DNA of 61,512 nt, filler included, from Nitrospinae bacterium RIFCSPLOWO2_12_FULL_45_22 (GCA_001803565.1; 5 parts of 5 records of this genome joined end to end with filler, not necessarily neighbours in it); one strand, 5' to 3'. Positions 19,380 through 29,622 are shown, counted from the first letter of the whole stretch. Program-made: numbers and translations. Notes: a model not told the origin generated them from the letters alone.

Positions 19380-20720
19380 ATGGAGAAGGTTACCGAGGAA
19401 GAGTTATTAGCTAAGGCTTATAAACCGGGTCAGGATGCCCTGAAATTCCATCCCTTTTACCAGGGGAAGATCGAGATAGCCCTTAAATGCACCGTCAGGA
19501 GCTTTGAGGACTTTGCTATCTGGTATACCCCTGGGGTAGCAGAATCCTGCAAGGTTATCCACAAGAATAAAGAGGCTGTGTATGATCAGACCAATAAATG
19601 GAATACCGTAGCCGTAATTTCCGATGGGACGCGGGTGCTGGGCTTAGGGGATATTGGCCCAGAAGCGGGTCTGCCGGTGATGGAAGGTAAGGCCTTATTA
19701 TACAAGTACTTAGGGGGGGTAGATGCCTTTCCTCTATGCCTGGCCACCAAAGATCCTGACGAGATAATTAAGGCAGTAAAATGGCTGCAACCCAGCTTGG
19801 GGGGTGTCAACCTGGAAGATATCAGCCACCCTAAATGCTTCTATATCCTGGATACCCTCCGTAAAGAAACGGAGATCCCGGTCTGGCATGATGATCAGCA
19901 AGGGACTGCTACTGTGACGCTGGCTGGATTAATCAATGCCCTTAAGATTGTGGGTAAAAAAATCGGTGATGTAAGAATAGCTATGATCGGGGCGGGCGCA
20001 TCTAATATCCGTATTGCCCATCTCCTGTTTGCGGCTGGGGCCGACCCTAAGAAGATTATCATGGTAGACTCCAAAGGAATATTACATCCAGGCAGGACCG
20101 AGCTAAAAGAGAAGTTCAAAGAAAAATGGGAGATGTGCAATAAGACCAACGGAGAAAAGAAGACTGGGGGTATTGCAGAGGCCCTGAAAGGTATGGAGGT
20201 ATGCATAGCCCTGTCTACTCCAGGACCAAATACTATTAAGAAAGAATGGATCAGGGCTATGGCGCCAGACCCCATTGTCTTTGTTTGCGCTAACCCCATA
20301 CCAGAGATCTGGCCCTGGGAAGTTAAAGAAGCGGGGGCAGCTATAATAGCTACCGGCAGGTCAGATTTTCCTAATCAAGTTAATAATTCCCTCGGCTTCC
20401 CCGGGATATTCCGGGGCACCCTGGATGTAAGGGCCAAGACTATTACTGATGAGATGTGTATTGCTGCGGCCAATGAGCTGGCCAAATGTGCAGAGGATAA
20501 GGGTCTCAACCCTGAGTATATCATACCTAATATGGATGAATGGGAGGTCTTCCCACGGGAGGCCACCGCTGTAGGGCTCAAGGCCATTGAACAGGGTGTT
20601 GCCCGCATAAAGCTCACCCGGGATCAGATATATCAAAGGGCCAGTACTATTATTAAATCTGCCCGGGCTAAGACCCAGCTTTTAATGAAAGAGGGCTTCA
20701 TTGCCCCACCCCCGGAATAA
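19380..20720 (+). CDS. NAD(P)-dependent malic enzyme
   Basis: YTPGVA, DGTRVLGLGDIG, EGKA, NLEDI, HDDQQGT, ANPIPEI, TGRSDFPNQVNN. Confidence 0.93.
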   Translation: MEKVTEEELLAKAYKPGQDALKFHPFYQGKIEIALKCTVRSFEDFAIWYTPGVAESCKVIHKNKEAVYDQTNKWNTVAVISDGTRVLGLGDIGPEAGLPVMEGKALLYKYLGGVDAFPLCLATKDPDEIIKAVKWLQPSLGGVNLEDISHPKCFYILDTLRKETEIPVWHDDQQGTATVTLAGLINALKIVGKKIGDVRIAMIGAGASNIRIAHLLFAAGADPKKIIMVDSKGILHPGRTELKEKFKEKWEMCNKTNGEKKTGGIAEALKGMEVCIALSTPGPNTIKKEWIRAMAPDPIVFVCANPIPEIWPWEVKEAGAAIIATGRSDFPNQVNNSLGFPGIFRGTLDVRAKTITDEMCIAAANELAKCAEDKGLNPEYIIPNMDEWEVFPREATAVGLKAIEQGVARIKLTRDQIYQRASTIIKSARAKTQLLMKEGFIAPPPE

Positions 20721-20735
20721 AAACGTAAAGCTCAA

Positions 20736-20835
20736 NNNNNNNNNNNNNNNNNNNNNNNNNNNNNNNNNNNNNNNNNNNNTTAATTAATTAANNNNNNNNN
20801 NNNNNNNNNNNNNNNNNNNNNNNNNNNNNNNNNNN
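20736..20835. other. artificial contig linker
   Basis: N44-TTAATTAATTAA-N44. Confidence 0.97.
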
Positions 20836-22029
20836 CCTTTGTCGGAATTATTCAAGCAAGGCAAGCAAGAGGACCCAGCGGAATTTGGACGCACAGTAGA
20901 CCATACCTTTCATACAATAGCGGTTCTTAACCAGATATCTCAACAGTGCTTTACTGAAAGCGGGTTGAATCAGGATGAACTACAACCGGTATACACTTTA
21001 ACCGACTCTATGACGAGTAACAGTCCTTTAATTATGCCCCTGATACTATGGCTGCATGATATAGGCAAGATACGGGATAAACGTCACCACACGGAAAAGG
21101 GTGCCGAACTACTTTCCTCAATGGAATTAATGAAGGGCTGGGGGATGGATCAGGCATTGGTCTTGCTGATTACCAAAGTAATCCAATATCATCTGCTGGT
21201 AGGAACTTTGTATTCGGGAGAGATATCCTATTTATCGTTTCGGATCATGATCGAGGACCATGAATTTATTCCTATCTTACAAGATTCCAGGCTGCGGGAG
21301 TTATTTATTGATGCCTTAATCCTCTTCACGATGATTGATATCTGGGGTTATCCCTATAATTCTCAAGCCATTTCGGCGGCCATGATCAGAAATTATCTCA
21401 GTATTGCCCAAGAGTTGCGTTATGTTTTAGGACGGGGCGAGGATAAAAAGGAAACTAATGGCCGGTTGGTAAGTATTGCTCAACAATCAACAGACTGGAG
21501 GCTGGCCTGCTATCTCAGGGCCTTTTCTCATCTGGGCACCAAACCTTATCTGACGCCCGAGTTCTATCAGGAGAAATTGATTCAGGGGGCAGGCGTATTT
21601 TTGGGCACATCCCTGAGCCGTAATGCCTGGTTGGTTTTTAAAAATGAGCGCCTGGATAAGTTCTATCAAATTCAGTTTAAATATGCCCTGGGGCTGCTAT
21701 GTCTTCTTTCCTTTGAAAGCTTAGAAAATTTTCGCCAGGGCTGTATCCCTGAAACCCAGGTGAATCCCAATCTATTTAAGCTTTTGGTCCTTTTAAACGA
21801 TATACTAAAAACCCAGGAAAGGGTCTATGGCTTACCGGGAGATTGCCTCTGGGAGGTCTATTTTACTGGTACCCCCATCTGGACCCGTAAGTCTAATATT
21901 TTTGAGCAGCTCAATAGGCCTGGAATCCTGGAAGAAATAGTGTCCCAGGCCAAGATAAAGGGAGGGGAGAACCACTTGGCCTGGTCCTTTTATTTAGATT
22001 TCCAACCTTATTGGAAATTCGCTGACTAA
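20836..22029 (+). CDS. HD-domain protein (5' partial), function unknown
   Basis: DHT...LHDIGK...HH..KG...YHL...D pattern. Confidence 0.7.
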   Translation, partial: PLSELFKQGKQEDPAEFGRTVDHTFHTIAVLNQISQQCFTESGLNQDELQPVYTLTDSMTSNSPLIMPLILWLHDIGKIRDKRHHTEKGAELLSSMELMKGWGMDQALVLLITKVIQYHLLVGTLYSGEISYLSFRIMIEDHEFIPILQDSRLRELFIDALILFTMIDIWGYPYNSQAISAAMIRNYLSIAQELRYVLGRGEDKKETNGRLVSIAQQSTDWRLACYLRAFSHLGTKPYLTPEFYQEKLIQGAGVFLGTSLSRNAWLVFKNERLDKFYQIQFKYALGLLCLLSFESLENFRQGCIPETQVNPNLFKLLVLLNDILKTQERVYGLPGDCLWEVYFTGTPIWTRKSNIFEQLNRPGILEEIVSQAKIKGGENHLAWSFYLDFQPYWKFAD

Positions 22030-22068
22030 TCCTCACACAAAAATTTTTTTGGGTCTGCCCTAAGGCTA

Positions 22069-22440
22069 CTATTCTTTTACCCCAAAGACCCGATGGTAGA
22101 AGACTGTATTGCACATATCATCGGTACATTTCTGCAGGGCTTCCTTGGTGATAGGATCTACCTGCATAAAGAGCTCACCATCATATGTCATCTGGACGAT
22201 ATGCCTACCAGCGATTTCTGGACAAGACACCCCACAGGCTATGCCACATTCTGCAAATGCCTTCTTTAACGCATCAACATACGGAAGCTCGCACTTATCC
22301 AGGTTTTTGCATCCCTTACATATCTCTGGTTGAAGCTGGACAGCCCCTCTCTTGATCCCCTCGATGGTATTAGTAACCGTCTCGTACAACTTAGCATGTA
22401 ATTCCTCCATATCTGTATCTGTGGTCTCTGTCTTTTCCAT
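22069..22440 (-). CDS. small Cys-rich hypothetical protein
   Basis: 123 aa, 8 Cys; RBS AGGAGGT; directly downstream of CoA-transferase. Confidence 0.7.
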   Translation of the reverse strand: MEKTETTDTDMEELHAKLYETVTNTIEGIKRGAVQLQPEICKGCKNLDKCELPYVDALKKAFAECGIACGVSCPEIAGRHIVQMTYDGELFMQVDPITKEALQKCTDDMCNTVFYHRVFGVKE

Positions 22441-22473
22441 GATTTACCTCCTTGTTAATTGCTAACCAAAAGA

Positions 22474-23673
22474 CTACTCCACCACCCCGTCTCTTCGGAG
22501 TTCATTAATTTCTTCTTTACTATAGCCCAACTGGGTTAATATTTCCACAGTATGTTCCCCGGGGAGGGGGGCCAGGCTCCTGATTTTTACCGGTGTCTCT
22601 GAAAGTTTTATAGAGGTCCCTAATTGCTTAACCACCCCTAGGTCAGGATGATTGAGCTCTAGCATCATCTGGCGGTGAAGGACCTGGGGATCAGAGAAGA
22701 CTTCATCCAAATTGCGATGTACAGGTGCGGATTGGGTTTCTGGGTCACCCTGTAAAATCCGCAACCATTCATCCCGGTCTTTGGTTAAAAATATCTTCTG
22801 GACCTCGTGGTACATCTCTTCCCGCTTTGCTACATCATACTGGTGGGAGATAAAATCTTCCCGGCCTATAACCCGGCAAAAGTTAGCCCAGTGGTGGGCT
22901 TCCATGTTGGTAGTACAAATAAACTTACCATCTTTGGTTTCCCATATTCCACTAGAAGGATTCTTTCGGTTTATTTTTGATATAACACCTTTACGAAAAT
23001 ATGGCTGGGAGGCCAGGCACAGCAGATCAAGGGCACTGTCTGTCATGCTAATATCAATATATTGCCCCTTACCCGTTATATCTCTGGCCCTGAGGGCCAG
23101 TAGAATACCTACGATGGCATGGAATCCAGTAAGGACATCGGCTACGGGAACGCCAAAAGGTTTTGGTTTCTCCCCTTCGGCTGTGCTAAGGCCTATAGCC
23201 CCGGTTACAGAAAGGGCACAGGGATCATGCCCGGGGAGATGATGATAAGGGCCATCCTGGCCATAGAGGGAAATAGAACAGTAAATAATCCGGGGATTTA
23301 TCCTTTTAATAATCTCATAATCTACGCCCAGCCGCTTTACCACCCCTGGCCTGAACTCTTCCAGGAAAATATCCATCTCCTGAGCTATTTGATGGACAAT
23401 AGCCTGGGCCTTTTTATTCTTAAGGTTGAGGATAATGCTTTTCTTATTACGACTAAGGCAGTCATAGGGTCTAACTTTTGCTGGCTCATCGGTAGTAAAG
23501 ACGGCCCTCCTGGTTACCCCCTGACTCAGCTCCGCCCTTCGTCCTTTCGCATCTAAAGGTTCCTCTATCCTAACAACTTCCGCACCGAAGTCTGCCAGGA
23601 CCCAGGAACAAAAGGGGCCCGGCAACAACCGGGACAGGTCTAAAACCCTGATACCTTCTAAAGGCAGTGTCAT
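22474..23673 (-). CDS. CaiB/BaiF family III CoA-transferase
   Basis: LEGIRVLDLSRLLPGP, DFGAEV, RNKKS, FRPGV, GQDGP, GHD, G.GQYIDISM. Confidence 0.93.
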   Translation of the reverse strand: MTLPLEGIRVLDLSRLLPGPFCSWVLADFGAEVVRIEEPLDAKGRRAELSQGVTRRAVFTTDEPAKVRPYDCLSRNKKSIILNLKNKKAQAIVHQIAQEMDIFLEEFRPGVVKRLGVDYEIIKRINPRIIYCSISLYGQDGPYHHLPGHDPCALSVTGAIGLSTAEGEKPKPFGVPVADVLTGFHAIVGILLALRARDITGKGQYIDISMTDSALDLLCLASQPYFRKGVISKINRKNPSSGIWETKDGKFICTTNMEAHHWANFCRVIGREDFISHQYDVAKREEMYHEVQKIFLTKDRDEWLRILQGDPETQSAPVHRNLDEVFSDPQVLHRQMMLELNHPDLGVVKQLGTSIKLSETPVKIRSLAPLPGEHTVEILTQLGYSKEEINELRRDGVVE

Positions 23674-23831
23674 GCAACCTCCCTCCAATGCCCCGATTTT
23701 ACACAATTTAAGTCAGGCAGGTCAAGTCTTGATTTTTGCTGAGCAAAAGTAACATTTAAAGGAAGGTCAATTATATAAACTGCAATAGTAAGTAAACAAA
23801 TCCCCCTTTGGTAAAGGGGGACTAAGGGGGA

Positions 23832-24200
23832 TCAATACGGCTGGTTTAAGACCTCTCTTACTAAATCCAATATCTCTTTTATACTAAAGGGTTTATAGAT
23901 GCCGGCATAGAACCCTCTGTTCTTGATTTGTTGTAGGAATGGATCACCCGGGTGATCGGCTACCGCTACGATCTTCGCCCCTGGGTGAAGGCTCTTCAAA
24001 GAATCCAGGATAGGCAACCCCTCTTTTCTTAACACCCGGCTAGCCAGAAAAACGACCCTAAAATTCTCACCCGGGGCTAGTTCTAATGCCTCTGCCCCAC
24101 TCGAAACACTGGTAGTATGATAATTGCTGGCCAGCACACGCTCCAATAAGTTCCTCATCTCTGCGGAATCATCTATAATAAGGATTCCTGGGCTTAACAC
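23832..24200 (-). CDS. single-domain response-regulator receiver (atypical)
   Basis: ILIIDD, KPF retained; phosphoacceptor position reads VVFLAS. Confidence 0.7.
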   Translation of the reverse strand: MLSPGILIIDDSAEMRNLLERVLASNYHTTSVSSGAEALELAPGENFRVVFLASRVLRKEGLPILDSLKSLHPGAKIVAVADHPGDPFLQQIKNRGFYAGIYKPFSIKEILDLVREVLNQPY

Positions 24201-24270
24201 CTCTACCCTCTTTGATATAAAGCCTATCTCCTATAATCCCAACCCCTGCCTGATAAGGCTTAAGCATGTA

Positions 24271-24398
24271 GCAACTGTTTAGCCAAATAAAGTATCCCAA
24301 ATTTCGTGATTCATATTTCACCGTTACTCCTTTTCTCGGTATCCTCAGTGCCTCTGTGGCTAAAGTGGGGCGAGGCCTTTAAGTGGCTAAACTGTTAC
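24271..24398. mobile_element. MITE, GTAAC-ended family
   Basis: GCAACTGTTTAGCC / GGCTAAACTGTTAC; flanks AGCATGTA / AGCAGGCA. Confidence 0.6.
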
Positions 24399-24569
24399 AG
24401 CAGGCATAGCTCGGTATAATTTATAAAAGAGTCTTTGGCTAGACAAGGAGAGGCCTTTTTCCCCTCCATTGGCATCCCCCACCTCTCTGCCAAAGGTAGA
24501 AGAAAGGCCCCTCCTCTTGAGGACTGCCTCAGGGTAGCCCCAGGGGGCATTGAATCGGAACCAAAAAGA

Positions 24570-24586
24570 AGCAATTTTTATGCCAA
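24570..24586 (-). promoter_or_regulatory. sigma54 -24/-12 promoter
   Basis: TTGGCATAAAAATTGCT (GG-N10-GC), downstream of a sigma54 activator gene, facing the receiver gene. Confidence 0.75.
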
Positions 24587-24623
24587 ATTATAGCGAGCGA
24601 CACAAATAATTCCGCATAATTCT

Positions 24624-24760
24624 GTAGGGTAAAAGCTTGCCTTCATTTATATTATGCGAGCAAGCTCGACCACTACAGGTATTATCAGAACAGCCCTATC
24701 ATAGAATAGGTAGTGGCAAAGCTTGCTTTGTAAAGATTTTTTCAGGGGCAACTAATTAAT
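24624..24760. repeat. GTAG-type REP cluster
   Basis: GTAGGGTAAAAGCTTGCC, CGAGCAAGCTCGACCACTAC, GTAGTGGCAAAGCTTGCTTTG, same end as the 17060 element. Confidence 0.65.
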
Positions 24761-24900
24761 CCTGTCTAAAAAGTGCCGCCGGAGTTGGTTCATTTAAGAA
24801 GGGTAGTGCGTTATAATAGTTGCAGCTAGAGGAGGGTTATAAGGTAGAATCTCGCTCTAGCTGGGATGAAGAGGGGTGCAACAATTTGATCCAGAACCGT

Positions 24901-26298
24901 TCAACTTCTGTAATCTTTAGCAGAGAGCCCATATCGGCGCATGATCCGCTGCAAGTGGGCCCTCTCTATCGCCAGGTCTTTCGCCGCCTGACTGATATTT
25001 CCACGGGTTAAACGGAGTTTTTCCTCTATGATCTTTTGATTAAATTCCTTTAATACCCAATCACGACACTCGCGGTACGGGATGTAGTTAGGGAAAGAAA
25101 GCCGCACCTCATCAGCCTCTCCTTTTTTCAAGACCGACCCCGGCAGGTCTTCTAGCCCTATGATATCTTTCTGGGAAAGGATCACCACTCGCTCTATCAG
25201 ATTCTCCAATTCCCTCACATTACCCGGCCAGTGGTGGGCCATAATGGCCTCCAGGGCATTTGTAGAAAACCCTTTGACATTTTTATTATTCTCCTGATTG
25301 AATTTATTCAAGAAGTATTGGAGTAACGGAGGCATATCATCTTTTCTTTCCCTTAGGGGTGGTATACGGATGGGGATGACCTTCAGGCGGTAATAGAGGT
25401 CTTCCCGAAACCTCTCTTCCTGTACCGCCGTTTCTAAGTCTTGATTGGTAGCGGCTATTACCCGCACATCTATCTTTATATATTCCGTACCCCCGATTCT
25501 TCTAACTTCATGCTCCTGTAGTACCCGTAGGAGTTTTGCCTGGGTACCTAAAGGCAAATCCCCTATCTCGTCCAGAAAGACGGTGCCATGATGGGCTACC
25601 TCAAAGAGTCCCTTCTTGCTCTCATGGGCACCAGTAAAGGCCCCTTTGACATGGCCAAACAGCTCATTTTCCAGGAGGCTTTCTGGCAAAGAGCTACAAT
25701 GGATAGTCATTAGGCGGTTTTCCCGCCGGGGGCTAGCGTAGTGAATAGCCCTGGCTACCAGCTCCTTGCCCGTACCACTTTCTCCAGTAACCAGGATGGT
25801 AGCATTAGTCTGCGCTACCTGGTTTATAGTAGCAAATATATTATGCATAACCTGACTACCAATCACCATATTTCCTTGCCATGATTTTTTCGATAACTCT
25901 TGCCTCAAATAACGGTTTTCTTCTATAATTCGTTGTCGCTCTAATGCCTTAGCGACTACCAACTTGAGTTCATCGGTCCTAAAGGGCTTGGTAATATAAT
26001 CGTATGCCCCGATCTTCATTGCCTCTACGGCTGATTCTACCTTAGCATAGGCCGTTATCATGATAACCATCAGGTCAGGAGAGAGTTGTTTGGTTTTTTT
26101 CAGAAGTTCTAATCCATCCATACCAGGGAGTTTGATATCGGAAATAACCAGGTCGAACTCCCTTTTCTCTAACTCCTCCAGTGCCTCTTCCCCACACAGG
26201 ACATTAAATACCTTCAAAGATTCTTTCTCCAGTACCCGCTTAAGCAACTGGCCCATACCCGGGTCATCATCCACCACTAATATCCGTTCTCCAGCCAT
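24901..26298 (-). CDS. NtrC-family sigma54-dependent response regulator
   Basis: receiver (VVDDD, SDIKLPG, KPF), GESGTGKE, GAFTGA, LDEIG, WPGNVREL, C-terminal HTH. Confidence 0.95.
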   Translation of the reverse strand: MAGERILVVDDDPGMGQLLKRVLEKESLKVFNVLCGEEALEELEKREFDLVISDIKLPGMDGLELLKKTKQLSPDLMVIMITAYAKVESAVEAMKIGAYDYITKPFRTDELKLVVAKALERQRIIEENRYLRQELSKKSWQGNMVIGSQVMHNIFATINQVAQTNATILVTGESGTGKELVARAIHYASPRRENRLMTIHCSSLPESLLENELFGHVKGAFTGAHESKKGLFEVAHHGTVFLDEIGDLPLGTQAKLLRVLQEHEVRRIGGTEYIKIDVRVIAATNQDLETAVQEERFREDLYYRLKVIPIRIPPLRERKDDMPPLLQYFLNKFNQENNKNVKGFSTNALEAIMAHHWPGNVRELENLIERVVILSQKDIIGLEDLPGSVLKKGEADEVRLSFPNYIPYRECRDWVLKEFNQKIIEEKLRLTRGNISQAAKDLAIERAHLQRIMRRYGLSAKDYRS

Positions 26299-26347
26299 CC
26301 GTCTATTCCTCTCCAGGAGTGAACAGTAAAGAGTAACAACTTACTGC

Positions 26348-27958
26348 TTACTCCTTACTGCTTACTATAGGCAGGGCGATAGTAAAGGTAGTACCCTTGC
26401 CTTCCTGGCTAGCCACAGTAATAGTTCCGTTATGTTCCTCTATGATACGATAGCTAATAGCCAATCCTAATCCCGTCCCTTCTTCGTCTTTGGTGGTGAA
26501 GAAAGGTTCAAATATCTTATCCAGTAACTGAGCTGGGATACCACATCCCGTATCGGTAATCTCTATCCTGATAGACCTATCACGCTGGCCTTCATAAGAG
26601 CCAGTGTTATCCTGAGTAGCAACGGTAAGCCCCCCGCCTTGTGGCATAGCCTGTAAGGCATTCATAATTAGATTCAAGAAGACCTGTTTCAACTGACCAG
26701 GGTCAGCTATAGTCAAGGGTAAGTTAGGCTTCAGCCTCTTATCAACGGTTATTTTCTTTTTTAGAGAGGGTTGAAAGTCTATAAAATCCAGCACCTCCTC
26801 TAATAGATGATTTATATTGACTGAAATCTTCTCCGAAGAGGGAGGGCGGGCAAAATTGAGCAGGGCCTCTATGATACTTTTACAGCGCATAGCCTCTTTC
26901 TCTATAATCCTAAGGTCTTCCCACCTGGGGTCATCCCTTTCTAATTCACTCAGAAGTACCTGGACATAGCCTAAGACGATCCCTAAAGGGGTGCTTATTT
27001 CGTGGGAAACGGCTGAGGCCAGATTGCCTATGGCAGAGAGGGTTTCAGTCCGGATCAACTTCTGGTTTAAATCCCGTAACTCGCGGGTAGCTTCTTCGAC
27101 CCTTTTTCCCAGGTTTCTATTAAGGGTATCTAGCTCGTCAGCAATCCTGGTCTTTTCCTTGATAGCCTGATCTATCTGGCTCGCCATATTATTGAAAGAA
27201 TCAGCTAGCTGGCCGATCTCGTCCTGACTCTTAATCGCTACCCGAGAAGAGTAGTTTCCCGAGCTTAAGCGCTGAGTAGCCCGCACCAATTTCCCTAAGG
27301 GAGCCAGGACCATCCGGCCCATTAGTAACCGTACGATAATTATTAAGGCCAGCAACATGATACCAAAAGAAACCGTCATACTTCTAAGCTCGTGCGAGAT
27401 CAGGTTGTTGACCTCGGTCATAGAAAAATCAGTTATTAACACTCCCAGGAGCTTCTGTTTGGGCTCATGGCAGGCATGACATGGCTCCCGGTTCTTGATA
27501 GGACTGACGCTCCGGAATACCTTCTGCCCGTTGTTATCGGGCAAAACCGCAGTACGGCTCCTATCCCTTACCTGGTATTGATGACAGATCTGGCAACTGG
27601 GGTCTTTACCGAGGAGTTTATTTCCCAGGAACTTGTTGCTAGTAGCGAATTTTACTTCCCCAGCTTTATTTACAATCAGAATCTCACCAATGATAGGATT
27701 GTAAGAGAGGTTGCGCAAGATAGTCTGGACTTCCTGGAAGTCTTTCCGAAGCATGGCCGGTTCCAGGTTTTGTTGGATCACATAAGAGAGGTGATTGCTT
27801 AGATTTTCCATATATCTTATTAGATGCTGTCTGTGAGCCAGATATTGGAGCAGGAGGAAGAGAGAGATAGTGAGGGTCAACGTACTCACCACCCCTACCA
27901 TCATCTTGAAGGGAAGGGTCTTATAAAATTTTCCTTCATGCTTCATCAAATCTATCAC
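26348..27958 (-). CDS. HAMP sensor histidine kinase with two periplasmic CXXCH motifs
   Basis: TM-CQICH...CHACH-TM-HAMP; H-box SHEISTPL; N, G1, F, G2 boxes. Confidence 0.92.
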   Translation of the reverse strand: MIDLMKHEGKFYKTLPFKMMVGVVSTLTLTISLFLLLQYLAHRQHLIRYMENLSNHLSYVIQQNLEPAMLRKDFQEVQTILRNLSYNPIIGEILIVNKAGEVKFATSNKFLGNKLLGKDPSCQICHQYQVRDRSRTAVLPDNNGQKVFRSVSPIKNREPCHACHEPKQKLLGVLITDFSMTEVNNLISHELRSMTVSFGIMLLALIIIVRLLMGRMVLAPLGKLVRATQRLSSGNYSSRVAIKSQDEIGQLADSFNNMASQIDQAIKEKTRIADELDTLNRNLGKRVEEATRELRDLNQKLIRTETLSAIGNLASAVSHEISTPLGIVLGYVQVLLSELERDDPRWEDLRIIEKEAMRCKSIIEALLNFARPPSSEKISVNINHLLEEVLDFIDFQPSLKKKITVDKRLKPNLPLTIADPGQLKQVFLNLIMNALQAMPQGGGLTVATQDNTGSYEGQRDRSIRIEITDTGCGIPAQLLDKIFEPFFTTKDEEGTGLGLAISYRIIEEHNGTITVASQEGKGTTFTIALPIVSSKE

Positions 27959-28189
27959 CCAAGACTATTCTATCCCTCCCGTAGCAAAAGGTCAATCATA
28001 ACTGTTTAGCTACGAAGCGCACAAATCAAAAAAATTTTGCCGCGAGAAACAATATATGATATATTATTTCTTCTTTGAATCCTGTAGCTAAAAATTATCA
28101 ACCATTGTAATATAGGGCCTGTGTAGTGTAGGGCCTAGCCCCAGTTTATACCGGCTGAGAGGTCAATTTTACTGCTAAAGGATTTACCG

Positions 28190-28582
28190 ATGGATACCTC
28201 CCTATCTCTTTTTGGTGACTATCAAGTTATTCATAACTATCTTCCTATCTTAGTCTTTATTATCTTTGCCTTTGCCTTTGCTATAGGGACTCTTATTTTT
28301 TCCTATCTGGTACGGCCCAATAAGCCTGATCCAGAGAAGCTATCGCCTTATGAGTGTGGTATACCACCGATGATGGATGCCCGGGAAAGGTTCTCTATAC
28401 GCTTTTTTATCATTGCCATGCTCTTTCTTTTGTTTGATGTAGAGGTGGTTTTTCTTTATCCCTGGGCAGTAGTGTATAACAAGATAGGGCTTTATGGCTT
28501 TGTAGAGATGATGCTTTTTATCGCTATCCTCCTGGTGGGATACATCTATGCCTGGCGCAAAGGGGCTTTGGAATGGGAGTAG
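28190..28582 (+). CDS. nuoA: NADH-quinone oxidoreductase subunit A
   Basis: [28 protein letters not shown]. Confidence 0.96.
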   Translation: MDTSLSLFGDYQVIHNYLPILVFIIFAFAFAIGTLIFSYLVRPNKPDPEKLSPYECGIPPMMDARERFSIRFFIIAMLFLLFDVEVVFLYPWAVVYNKIGLYGFVEMMLFIAILLVGYIYAWRKGALEWE

Positions 28583-29049
28583 TCGAGAATCGTTTCGGAG
28601 AGAATATTATTACTACCACCGTTGATGCCTTAGTTAATTGGGCCCGTAAATCGGCCTTATGGTATATGACATATGGGTTGGCCTGTTGTGCGATTGAGAT
28701 GATGGCGGCTGGTGCCTCCCGGTACGATTTTGACCGATTCGGTATGATACCCCGGGCTACCCCCCGCCAATCCGATGTGATGATAGTAGCCGGGACGGTT
28801 ACCCATAAGATGGCGCCAGTCTTGAAGAGGCTTTATGACCAGATGCCGGAACCGCGCTGGGTAATTGCGATGGGCAGTTGTGCTACTTCAGGCGGGATAT
28901 TTAAGACTTATAGTGTGGTGCAGGGGGTAGATAAGATTGTCCCGGTAGATGTCTATGTACCGGGGTGCCCGCCCCGGCCAGAGGCACTGATGTATGGGGT
29001 TCTTAAGTTACAAGAAAAGATTGAGCAGATGAAATTCGTGCGAAAGTAA
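28573..29049 (+). CDS. nuoB: NADH-quinone oxidoreductase subunit B
   Basis: [21 protein letters not shown]. Confidence 0.97.
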   Translation: MGVVENRFGENIITTTVDALVNWARKSALWYMTYGLACCAIEMMAAGASRYDFDRFGMIPRATPRQSDVMIVAGTVTHKMAPVLKRLYDQMPEPRWVIAMGSCATSGGIFKTYSVVQGVDKIVPVDVYVPGCPPRPEALMYGVLKLQEKIEQMKFVRK

Positions 29050-29061
29050 GTATAGAGATCA

Positions 29062-29604
29062 ATGGATGAAGAGAAGCGAGCGGTAGAGTCGGAATTTGCT
29101 GAAGGTGACCATAGTCTCTGGGAAGATAATCCGATAGTTAAAAAACTCAGGGAGATATTTCCTGAAGCTATTATAAGCATATCCGGTTTGCAGCCCTATC
29201 CTGATGAGCTGACCATAAAAGTGAAAAAAGAGCAGATTGTCAAAGTCTGCCAGTTTCTTAAAGATGACCCCCACCTGGCTTTTAATTATCTCTCAGACCT
29301 CTGTGGGGTAGACTATCCTGAGCGTGAAGAGCGCTTCGAGATAGTTTACCATCTCTATTCTATTACCAAAAGGCACCGGCTCCGGTTAAAAGTATCGGTC
29401 AAAGATGGGGAGCCGCTCCCTTCGGTAATCGGTGTGTGGCAGACGGCTAATTGGCATGAGCGGGAGGCTTATGACCTGTTAGGGATTCCGTTTGAAGGCC
29501 ATCCTGACCTTAGGCGGATACTTTTACCCGAAGACTGGGAAGGCCACCCATTAAGAAAAGAGTACCCGTTGATGGGATATAATTCAGATACTAAACCAGA
29601 TTAG
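29062..29604 (+). CDS. nuoC: NADH-quinone oxidoreductase subunit C
   Basis: WHEREAYDL.G..F.GHPDLRRIL, GHPLRK. Confidence 0.96.
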   Translation: MDEEKRAVESEFAEGDHSLWEDNPIVKKLREIFPEAIISISGLQPYPDELTIKVKKEQIVKVCQFLKDDPHLAFNYLSDLCGVDYPEREERFEIVYHLYSITKRHRLRLKVSVKDGEPLPSVIGVWQTANWHEREAYDLLGIPFEGHPDLRRILLPEDWEGHPLRKEYPLMGYNSDTKPD

Positions 29605-29622
29605 CAAGTAAGAAATACCGAC

